From NCBI GenBank assembly GCA_965637545.1, contig OZ281500.1, forward strand, positions 5,518,001 to 5,582,000: a DNA stretch of 64,000 bases. Direction: 5' to 3'. Source of the stretch: Phallusia mammillata. Its lineage: Eukaryota. The notes beneath the pieces were generated by a model. It was not told the origin of the DNA, searched no databases, and saw only the letters and a list, made by a program, of their open reading frames with translations. A program made the position numbers and the translations under genes. Positions 13,481 to 25,190 of the stretch are shown here, piece by piece (within the stretch, counting starts at the first letter, position 1; each line of letters begins with the position of its first letter).

Positions 13481-15538
13481 ATGACCACTAAGGAAGATAT
13501 AATTCAAGTGGCTTTGGTTTTGTTGATCATTCAATGCTTACTGGCCATGTACGGATTTATTTATTACCAAGAATGTGTTAAGATGAAAAAAATGTAAGTA
13601 GAGTTATACTAAATAACAGTACACTATTATATTGTCTTGCGCTTGTTACGAATATGTGAAAGCTGTGCCCATTTGTCAAAGCAATTATGGGCAATCGCTA
13701 AGCTTCATGTTTTAGATCTCGCATTGTAGTGCTGCAGCCGACAAACATAACAAGACAGCGTACACAAACTTACGTGACTACGTCTCGGCCAAACAAAACA
13801 GAAGTGGATTTGAAACCACGACTTCGAGAAAAAATCAGATTTTTGATAGAACCGAAAAAAGACCTCAACGACACATGTTCACTTGATAAGTGTAACAGTA
13901 CAAATGGTAAGCAGTAGACATGACAATTAATTCAGAAAACTAACTTAATTAAAAGAATTTTGGACAAAAATGTTGTTTGAGGCACTTTATACTAATAATT
14001 TCCCGAAGTTACATTTTGTGTTCACGACTCACGGTTATTAAGAAATACAACGATAGAAATAGTTAGCTGCACTCATGGTAAATGTGACTTAAAGGATTTG
14101 TTTGAGTTACGTAAAGTTCAGACAGCGGAAATTAAAACACGGACACATGGAAAAATAATTTTGTGTACAAAAAACTTTGGTGTTCAAGGAACATTATTCA
14201 CAGATCCGTTAATAAATTAAAACATTTTGGCAGGTTTTCGATGGAGTATGGTTACGTTTGTCAAATCAAAGTCAGACCACTTTGCTCAGCGAGAAACGCT
14301 TCGCCGCACGTGGGCGTCCGTGCGCATTATCAATAACGCACAATTTAGAACAATCTTCGTTGTTGGAACAAATCCATCAACACAAAACACCAACGCGTTG
14401 AAGAACGAACAAAAGCAATATGGCGATATACTGCAGTACGACGGACCAGATGACTACAAGTATACACTTTTTTCTTGCTTTGTAAAATTGTTTAATACAA
14501 TATACACTTTTATCTGGGTTTTCTGGGCCTCATTAACTGTTGGTGACGCCTTAAAACAAAGCAGTGCCAAAACTACATACATTACTACAAACCTAAATGG
14601 CTTACACAACAACAACATCCAGTGCAACGATGTACGTCTGGCCCAAACGCTAATGCATAACAAGTGTTTTTACAACAACAACATTCAGTACAACAATATA
14701 TTCCTGACCTAAGCCGTGATGCTGCAGCAATATTTAATCTCAACATCATTATAAAAAGAAAAAAAAAACTGTTTAATAAACATTATATACTGCTTTCGAA
14801 AGTCAGTGCCTTACCCATTACAACCATGCTTGACTGACAACTGATACCAAATATACAAGACAAATTTTGTTTTTCAGTTATATTTTTTTGTTTTGTATCT
14901 TATGAAGGCATAGACATTACCTTTCCCACTAAGGAAGAGAACCCCATAACGAAGTACTTTAGTCCGCATCAATTTTTTGTACTTTTCTTTTAAGGAATAT
15001 AATGTTGAAGACACTAGCGGGTATGCAGTGGGCCAGTGACAACCTGCCAAGCAATTTCTTCTACTCATCAGCCGACGATGACGTCATAGTCAACTTGAGT
15101 GCCCTACAGAGACAAATTGTTGCTGCGCACGCGAAAATGAACAAAGACGGATGGAGCGAATTTCCACTCGTTTGTGCTTACAACATAATGCCACACGATA
15201 AGCCGCATAGGGAAAGAGGAAGCAAGTGGCTGATAGACAAAAACGAATATCCTTGGCATGTATGGCCGCCATCTTGTTTTGGTGGATTTTACAGCACACG
15301 AGTCAGTCTAATTGCTCGTTTTTACGAAGAGTCAAGAGCATTGCCTCTGCTGCGTTTTGACGACGTGTGGATAACCGGCATAGTACGCCAGCACGTAGGA
15401 ATGCCAAGCGATATGGTGCTACCACCAGGTGACGCTAACACGGTGCATCATTTAGAAAAGAATGAGAACATGACATTACTATGGGAAAAAATGTTACCAC
15501 AATTAGAGACCCAGCACAATATATGTCTTTGTGCATAA
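13481..15538 (+). CDS. Beta-1,3-galactosyltransferase-like (GT31) gene 3, type II membrane protein, 357 aa
   Basis: Exons 13481-13593, 13716-13906, 14234-14459, 14995-15538 (1074 nt). Same phases as gene 2, and exons 2 and 3 have identical lengths (191 and 226 nt). TM segment IIQVALVLLIIQCLLAMYGFIY and the same GT31 motifs. Confidence 0.92.
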
Positions 15539-17272
15539 GTGTTTGTTACATTCTTAATAAATATTGTCAATTTTATAATACAATATCATGGCTTTGTTTA
15601 ATTTTTTTACGTGTTATGGGCTTAAAACTTCAAAAGGACATAAAAATACTCAAAAAAGGAGGGTAAAATTTTAAAACAATGTTACGCTTTCACTTGCTTC
15701 TGTCATCTCAGACTAGACAGTCACAGCATTATCGCAGTTCATCCTTTCAATAAGATAAAAGTTATGAAGATCTTGGGAGCATCAAATATATATCAACTTT
15801 TATACACTAATCTATGGTTGAAGCAAACACATTAGTTTCTTCGATTGATAAGTAGAACAAATGATGAATAAATTGACCTTACGAACCATTCACAAAAAAC
15901 GTTTGCCAATAATTTTCTAACAGTCAAGAATTTGCATTTAAATTGCCGCCTGGTAGAGTAAGAGTGCAACTGCTGTAAGCGATACGGTTTACCATCAAAC
16001 CTCATCCGATTGCTGTACAGCTCGTTTCAGTGAATTGGCCAATACCAGTCGATACAGCCGAAGGCAACTTAGGTTCAAAATGTGAATTACTGTGACGTTC
16101 AGGACGTAATATATTGCAGCGACTTCCGCAGTTCGATGTTTCTTTATTATATATGTGAGCAAGTAGGAAATTGCATTTCAGGTCAGAACGTACGGAAGAA
16201 CGTTGAACATGTTAAAGTTATCCGGAAAAGTAACAGATTATACAAGGTTAACTAGTTCGTACGAGAACACAGAATAGACATGCATGTCAATGATTTTGCG
16301 ATTGCCCTATAACTGTAAGCTACAATACTTTAGTTAGTTTCATTTGTTTTATAAAATTCCTAACCGACTTTGCATACCTTTCTTATGTTTGACACAATTT
16401 CTAAAGCCAGTTTGTGCAGACCCAATAGTAAAATATGTAAGAAGGTCACGTTTGTTGGTACCTACTGGACAAGCTTAGGTTATGTAAATATACTAAATAA
16501 AACTAAAACCAAGTCCCCAAACACGGTTTTACATAGCATGTCACGGTTTTACTTATTAGCGGATTTTGTTGTTGTCTGTTAAACCCTTTTGTTAAGTGAT
16601 GTGTACCTAACCTTTATAGTGTTGTCCAGCATAGAGTGCAAAGGCCTGTCCTGCGCTCAAAGTATTTGATCTGCGAAGCGATGAAAAGCGAGTTACTTAA
16701 TCACGCAACGCTGGAGCGGAAAGCGGGTTGTTATAAAAGGGAAATGCTGGACTGGACCCATTCAACTTGTAGGGGCTTCTCTAGTGCAACTTTAGGTAGA
16801 TGATAGAGTTAAATACAGTCAACTGTCTGTTTCAGTTAACTGTAACGTTTTTGATTTTATAAATAGCATAAACCAGCACAAAATACAAAGTAAGCGTAAT
16901 ATTTTTAAATTAAACTGTCTGTAATGCGTTTCGCAACGTCCAGCTATTACAAGAAAGGGTAGCTAAATCGGTAAGGTCTCTAAAATTTCAATAAAAAATG
17001 AATTTAGTTTTCAAGCGTTACCTCAGCTTTGTGTTCAATTCAAAAAAATATCAACATGTTTTAAGCAGTTTCCACTCAGCAATAGCACTGTGCGTCGAGT
17101 GGTATGTTTTACATCAAGTTACACCTTTGTCCAGAGGCCAGACAAAGGCGATAATAATACGTGGAATGTCAGATAGGGGCATACTGCAAGCTACTATCGA
17201 TTACTGTGGACAACAATAGCAAGAATCGTTGATCACAACGTAAGCTTTGTCCAATAGTTTTTTAATGTACTA

Positions 17273-17314
17273 TTATGGACAGAAGGACATATATTTATGG
17301 ACAGAAGGACATAT
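17273..17314. repeat. 22-bp tandem duplication
   Basis: TTATGGACAGAAGGACATAT(AT) occurs twice in tandem. Confidence 0.75.
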
Positions 17315-18275
17315 GAAAGCATACATTTCACAAACCACCCAAAATTTTAGGGTTATTATCAAAATGTCTTCTGTAATTTTACTAGGAGGTTTTTGTGAAA
17401 CAACACCGTTGCTGGAATAAATTATTAATGGCTGGATCAGGTCAGCCAAGACTCATTCAAGCTCTGTTTTCTTTTCAGTAGAAATATACGCAAGTATTTT
17501 AGTGACAAAAAATATCTTTTTATACGTCTATGTTGTTAGTAAAAAAAGTGTATTTTGGTGCACTTACAGAAATCATGTGGAAAATGCATTTTGTTTATGT
17601 TAAGCCTTAATTTTTTTTAGTTAGACACAGTATAAACATACTGTGCTGTGTTGTGTGGTAGGTCATTAGAGTGTCACACAGTAGCTAGCCTATTAATAAC
17701 CCTGCTTTTTACTGTTTGCCTTTTCGTTATCATGGAGGTTTGCGTTATCGTACGTAACAGTGACTGCTTCTCAGTAGCAGTAACTGGGTCTGTTAACCAA
17801 GCATGAAAGACTATACAATCGCCTTTTCCGTGTGCAATATCCCAACCAGACCACTAACCCAGCATTTGTACGAACCATTAATCCCGACAAAATATTTTCA
17901 CAACGAAAATGCCCTTGGTTGTTAAGTGATTTGGTCAGTAAAATATCTCAAGAACTTTCGAATTTGTAGCTTTTTCGCTTCAAATAATGTGAGGTTTTTA
18001 TCCGTTAAAATATTTCAGTGCTGAGACAGCGTAAAATCCTGGACCTGTACTAAACGACATAGGAAAATGTTCAATCGTATGTAAGGGACCGTCAAGTCAC
18101 ACCATTGCATTTATACTATATGACTGTAAATGCTAATCCAGTAACTTTACGTATGTTTCAGCGACGAATAGAAACACTCGATGCTTAAAAAACATACGAT
18201 TTAGGCCATATGTTAATCAACAATATGCATGCCATATGGAATTTTCTGTGAGCTTTGGGATAGGAATAAAAGAAG

Positions 18276-21200
18276 ATGAAAAAATCAACATGGTATCCGA
18301 CTGCTTTGTTCGTTGTGATGTGTGTTGGACTTGTAGTCACATTACACCTATGTTTGCGACTTGACATGACGCCGATTTACGCAGTCAAACCACGCAATAC
18401 CAATACGAAAAACGAGAGCCGCAATTTTGATGACACCAAAAATACAGGTATGCATATTTTGAAAATTCTAAGGGTTAATAACGACGTTTGCTTGCCGAAA
18501 AAAAAGCTTTATAAATGTTAAAATAAAATCAGTTTAACAGGTAGAATGTTCTAAGCTTGGCTGCAGTCTATCAAAATCAAATATATATAACAAGTTTGTG
18601 AAAATCCTGAGCTTGCTTACTATTCCATGGCCAAGTAAGAACCAACTAAAAGTTAGTTTATTTAGTTAAAAATATAGTGTTTGAAAGTTCGGAAATGTTT
18701 CATCCCCTTAAATTTTGTAATCATTTGTAAACTTTACAGTAAACAAATCAGCAAATATTTTACACTCTACTGTGAACCAGATACTATGGTTTAGCAACTC
18801 AAGTTTAGCAAACTATAAATTTAACGGATAAACGCTTTTTGTTAGAATAGATACTAGATAAATTTGCACTTTGTCATTATAGTTATTGACGTTTTCACGT
18901 TGAAATTAGTTTTTCGATTTTGATTTGGGAATTATAACGGCATTTCATATGGTGGTCAAGTTGAAACTTGCAGTTAATCTCAGTCATATATTGCAGGTTT
19001 AACAGCTGATCCATATTCGGTCCGTTTTTTTATCATTTTAAATTTATGTGTTGTAGCCCATTATTCAGATCCAATAGTCGCTGTTAAAGGCCACTGTTAC
19101 GTCGTGGTAATACAGGTTTGCACAATTCAAAATCGGCCGAGGGCCAAAACTTAACAAACAATTTCATCATTTATCCGTAAACGATTGTCAATGAGAAATG
19201 CATATTAACGCATAAAAATATTTTTTTGCCATTTCAATGTTAAATCCACTTCACAGCCACAGAACATGCGTATTCAGAAACAAAGTTATGAAGCACATGC
19301 TTCTTTAGCAGCAGCTAGACGTTTGTTTTGCGCCCAGTGGGTACGCTCAAAGCTGTTGGTAAAATACAATCTAGTGTTCCCGCCAACAAAAGCGAAAAGG
19401 ATGAGCCCCCGTGCCCTGGAATTATCGTAAAAACTTTTTAGTTCCATAGTAAACTTACAGCACGTATTTCGCGACAAGATTCAAAGGAATTCGAAAGCTT
19501 AAAACAATAAATTGGTTAAAAATAAGTGAATTGATGTAAAACGCAAATGTTTTGAAAAAGTGCACTATATCTTTGTGAGGTAAAGCATTGTTGTTAAAAA
19601 CTGATATATATCAAAAATGCCTAGCACTAAATTGAGAACAGAGTCTCAGTTTACCGACGTTGACCGACCATAATGTAATTGATTTCTTATATCGCAGGAG
19701 CAAACAAGACGGAGTTTCCGTCACAGTCCATTGGTGAATTATTGATTAGAGAGGAAAAAGATTTAACTTCGGAGTACACAAGGGTAGGAATTTTTACGCC
19801 TTTGTTGATTTTTCTGCCTAAAGTAGGTTTACGTTTTAACTGTTGTCTGTGTTGTTTTTGATGCATGATGCTCTTACTTTTATGCAAAACAACTTATCAA
19901 GATGAATTGAAGGCTAGTTTCAAAAGGCTACTTTTGCGTCTAGAAAGCTATCAATACTCTGTTAAAAGGACCGGATCCAGTAAAACTCTCGTATTTGTAA
20001 CTTATTTGGAACAAAAGTACGCTTTTTGTCTCTGCGATAGCAATGCTATTTTACCAAAAGTAAAACCGTTGGGTTGGTAACATGTAACAATATGCTATAT
20101 AATGCATTATAAGGAATGTTAGGTGTCGCCTAAGATGTTTAGTAAAACAGTCCGGAGTTTTGCTCATACGGATATGGTAACCCTACCCTAAATTTACATT
20201 CGATTATCGAATTTTTTGACTCTCTTATGCTAGGCAACGTCGTATCTTAAATAGGCAACTTAACAGCTACTGAGTGTATGACATACCTTGTAACTAAACC
20301 GATAACGCAAATAAAATACATTGTTGAAGTTATTACTTTGTGTAAGCAAGTATAAACAATTACTGTTCGGACACTTCTATCTCAAATACACATTACCTAT
20401 TATTCGCTTGGAAACAAACAAGTTTCAGTTATGGTAAGTAAAAAGTAAACCCAAGTTAAGTAAAACAATTTATGACAATGATGAAAACTACATACCTCAA
20501 CTATTAATCTGAGATATTAATCTAAAATTATCTTACAATGACAATCTGGTGGTTTTAATGTTGGATTACCTTAGATTAGACTTTAAACAGAACCCCCGAG
20601 GCAAAATTGTATTGCATAGTTAATGTTGTCTTTAAACGCATCAATTTACCTCAACACAACATATCTTATCTCACTACTTTAGAAAAGCTTCATTATAACA
20701 TGACCGGACGCGTAGGCGTTTAATCTAAACATTTGGAGGGAAACCGATACACTTTGTCGACTACCATTGTGTGCATTCCGTTTGGATGACTTTCTATAGA
20801 AGTCTTATTGTGGGAATATTGGGTTTGTTAAAAGTGCTCCAAACCAGTCGTGTAGAAATAACCTAAACATTTCGCGGGGAACCGTTACATTTTTTCAGCT
20901 ACCATTGTGTACATTCCGTTTAGATTACTTTGTATAAAAGTCTTATTGCGGAAATATTCGGTTTGTTGGAAGTGTTCAAAACCAGCCATGTAGAAAAAAA
21001 CGAAAATGTACAGAGGCTTGTGGTTTCCGAATGTCAATGGGAGTAAAAGCGGTTAAGGTTTTTACATTTTCTTCTCACCATGCAAATTTCTTTTTGAAAT
21101 GCTGTTGAGTGCGCCGAAAACTTGTAACTTGTAAAGAGAATAGTTAATAACGGTTGCAAGCATTAAACGTGAAGATTATTGTTTGAAGCAATAATATACT

Positions 21201-24200
21201 ATTGGAAAATACAAAGCATTTTTAACTGCATTGGCTTAAAACTTTAGTTCGTCATACATGGTCCTTTCAATTATATAACTTCCTATATTCCGAAATCTTT
21301 CGGTAGAGCAACAGAAAAAGGGCTGACAGTATAGGAAAGCTAAATATTACATTGAAATTAACCATGTTTTTTTTTACAAAGGAATGCAACATTGGCTCCC
21401 TTGCGGACTTGGAAGACAGCAAACCACGTGTACAGTTAGACCCGGAACGGATTCTGTATCCAGCTTTACTATGGGGCCCAAACAACCAACTTGAAGGATT
21501 TAAGGAGTCAATACTAGTCGCCATTAAGCTTAACAGGTAAGCATGTATTTCATCCAGCTCAATCAGCAGAAAGTGACAAGAAAATCCGTAAGTAAATATT
21601 GACTATATGTGGTACAAAATGGCGTGATTTATTGTAGCTTACTGCAGGGGTGTCAAACTCAAACTTGTATGTTAATCGAGGGCCGCACTATCGAAACATT
21701 TGTTACAGTGTAACATGACAACAACAAAAAGCCATGATCAAAAAGTTAAATCTGAAAGTAAACTCCAAAGAGAAAGTAGACGACCTTTTTGGGGGAATTT
21801 TTATTTTTTAAATTAATTTTTAGTTTTTTAAATTAATTTTAGTTATTTTAAATTTTTTAATTTTTTAGTGTATGCTGGTGTAGCAGAAAAGATACATATG
21901 GGGATAATTTTAAATCAATATCCGCCGAATAAGAAACGCGATAAAAGAACGCTAGATCAAAGAGTGTACAGCAGTTGGCCCACAGAGATTTGGTCACAAA
22001 AACAGTAGGCAACCAAACACACGTTCAACATCTCTCATTCACACCCACTGCCTCTATATACAAAAAAGGGAAACTCTTAAGTCACAACCGACATTGAACA
22101 GGGCTCGTTTGTGTGTAAGCTAGACCTACAAGTCATATACTCAATATCTAAAGTTAGTTAGACCAACACTTTAGGTCCGTACAACCAATGTGGGAATAAC
22201 AAAGAAGTGGAAGACATTAAACTTTCATATCTATATTATTAGAACTCTTGTCATTCCGCACTTCTTTCCCCAACACAACGACCGGAGCGGCCCAAGAATA
22301 CATCTGGTGTCGGCGTTCAACCGAATCGATGTGAAAAAGCTTTCAGAGTTTGTGTCAGTGATTTCGATGGAACAAATGCGAAAGCATTGCAATTCGTCTT
22401 TTGACATTGCTTTTCAGGTATGCAAAGTACTGAATCACACTTGTACACAAAAAGCTGTAGTGCTTACAAAAGCTATGCCTTAAACACGTGTGCAACCGAT
22501 TAAGGAAGTAATTTATGGCACAATACCACAAAAAAGACCGTTACAAATAAAACATGCTGTGTAACCGTTCAAAAATTACTTTGGGTAAGGTACATTTTGA
22601 CATTTACGCAGAAGCCTCGCGCCCTGTTTAAAGAAATCACTCGTGTTCAACTCCATTGTACACCGCGGTTTTATTTACGCAATGTCAATAGATGTTGATT
22701 GACCGGCGGGCTTGGAATGTTATCAGAGAGAGGCAAGAAAGTAAAACTACGCCTCACAAATTATTTCCTTCCTCTATAGAATCGACCACGGTGGTGCGAG
22801 GCTGTCAAAGAAGCTCAAATCGATACAGGAATGGAAATACTCAACGTAACAAAGCTTAATGGATACAACGGAAACTTTACTATGACGAAGCATGGCCCGA
22901 AATGCTGGCAGCCCAAAATATCTGCGCTGCCAGAATCGGTAGATCACCACACTAAGCACAACACGAACAAATTAAAAGAGATTTTCAAGTATGCTGTTAT
23001 ACTGTCTTTAAGGAGGTTTCAAGTGTACGCTGTGCTATGTCATGAATTTTTAAACCGCGAATGGTGCTGTGTGAGTACATGGAAATTGGAAAACTATCCC
23101 TTGGGAATGTATGATGTACAAAAGTACATTTGAGTGCGTTAAACAACAGTGGTGTTGTAACGCAGCGCGCAGTCACACAGTAAACACAAAATATTCAAAA
23201 AAATATGATAAAGACATTTAAACCGTAACAAAAGAAATTATAATGCACAAAACCGGACAGACAAAAAAGGAAGTTGTGTAAGGCACGTTTTAAGCAGCGG
23301 TTACGTCGTGCGAGGCCTGCACTCTAACAAACTGACGAGCGTTCCATTTTGTTTCGATTAAGGAAACCGCACGCAGCCTCAAGGTGTAGAGGCTTGCTGT
23401 ACAGTAACCATGTCATTACAATATAACGCGCCATGGCGACACCTAGCAGAAAGTGTAACTATTCTTCCGACGAGATATTTGCAACGACGTACTTAATTTT
23501 GTGTGTCAGTAGCGTCATCTTGTGTCGGATCTCAGGCAATAAAAAACGCGTTTTGAGATATAATTTACCTGTATACAACCTATACAAAAATAAGAGTATT
23601 TCACTTTCACAAACTGTCAGTGTTATGAAAAGACTGGTTCAAATAGCAAAAACTTCAAGAGTATGATTTTACAGATGCTCTCTTGAACACAATATAATCG
23701 ATGTTTTAGAAGGCATTGCGAAATCTACACAAACCCGAAAAGCGCTTAGAAACTGAAATTTGAGCAGTCAACTCATAATGTCAAGCCGTTAAGTCTTAAA
23801 GAAACGCGTTACACTACCTAACATCTTTACTATGCGTGTAAGTTTGACAAACTCACGTACGAAGCTATCGTCAATACATGATTTTCTACATCTCGTGCAA
23901 AGCATGTATCAACTACAGCTACCACTGGACTAAAAGCACCCAACAAAACGTACCTACCAATGAAATGCAATATTTTAAAGATTTTCGCTCAAAAATAGTG
24001 CAAATGTGCAATATCTTGTAGCGAAAAAATAGTGTATGATGTTTGCAAGTAATGTTATTCGAGGTGCGCAAGCACGTACCGCGAAAGACATTATTTAGTC
24101 AAATCACATAACGCAACTCTAACAGACTTTAGGATTAGGCAATATAAACTTAAAACAAAAAAGCCAATATATTTTTGAAGAGCACTTTACCATTGCTTGT

Positions 24201-25190
24201 TTTGTTGTTGTTTTTTCAGTACGACGGCACGATGTGCAGTTTTTCTATTTCCATTCCTTTCCCTCTCAGTCACTACAATAGGAGGATACCGACCTGTGGA
24301 ATACAGTGAGGAGATAAACATAAGAAATATCACAATGACTGAAAGCATTGCAGATGCATCAAAGGCACTTCTGCTAGCTGCTATTGAACATGCAACCGGT
24401 CGGCCACCGTACATAGTAAAAATAGTGGAGAGATTTTTGCGCGAGGTTGTCAACTCAACATTTTATGTTGCTGTACATTGGAGGTTGGTAATAATGTTTT
24501 TTATTTTTTTGCTCATTTAAGTTAAACTAAATCTTAGATCTGTGTTTTTATGCTCGAAAGTACACACATCCGCAACAGTGTTCAGATTTGCTCTAAAACA
24601 AAACAATGCTTTTATATTAAATAATAATTAGTTTTTCAAATGCTTGCAGATTTGATCCTGAAATGATGAATAGTGTTTGCAAACAGAAATCGGGATTTTG
24701 CAAATCAGAACCGACGCCGCTAGAGGTCGCCAAATGCATAGCATCGGTGCAAGGCCAAGTCTCGGAAAGTCACAAACAAAAAATTCCTGTGTACATCGCT
24801 GCCCCGCCAACCATTGATGCCTTTATAGACAAAGTGAAGTTTTACCTTGAAAACCCGCAAGAACTAACTAATACCAGCCAATCAAATACGACGTCCAACG
24901 CCACAACAGTGAAATCACCCGACGTTGCTAGGGTTTTCACAGCAAGAGATATGAGACTGTTTTTAGATCAGCGCTACCCGCCAAAGGTGTGTCCAGATAT
25001 ACGGCCAACTCCAAACGAACTGTTGTCGTTACTGGAGATGGAGATAGGCCAAAAAAGTCGCTCATTTTTGTATTCTAGCGGATCAACGTGGTCTGCTATG
25101 ATACTTCGTCTTCGGCCGCCAAAACTTTTTCCATTTGACCGCTCAACTATGCATATGATTATTAAGCAGAGAAAGAAAGAAAAGAGGTAG
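18276..25190 (+). CDS. O-fucosyltransferase-family (GDP-fucose GT-B, PF10250-like) type II membrane protein, about 533 aa
   Basis: Exons 18276-18447, 19698-19783 (less certain; supplies the needed phase 1->0 link), 21382-21536, 22243-22417, 22780-22988, 24220-24483, 24650-25190 (1602 nt). N-terminal TM segment ALFVVMCVGLVVTLHLCL. Motifs ILYPALLWGPNNQ...AIKLNRTLVIP, YVAVHWR, VYIAAP and SLLEMEIGQKSRSFLYSSGSTWS match the POFUT/O-FucT family pattern. Confidence 0.8.
20725..21000. repeat. Diverged two-copy tandem duplication, period 138 bp, intronic
   Basis: CTAAACATTT...CTACCATTGTGT(G/A)CATTCCGTTT...AAGTCTTATTG...AAACCAG...TGTAGAAA begins at 20725 and again at 20863. Confidence 0.8.

Noticed and set aside
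19057-19115. Alternative candidate for O-FucT exon 2 (phase 1->0)
   Set aside because: Also phase-compatible, but 19698-19783 has the stronger acceptor; cannot be settled without RNA data.
21645-21700. Charlie-like left end CAGGGGTGTCAAACTC...GAGGGCCGCA
   Set aside because: No matching right end or TSD; at most a truncated hAT fragment.
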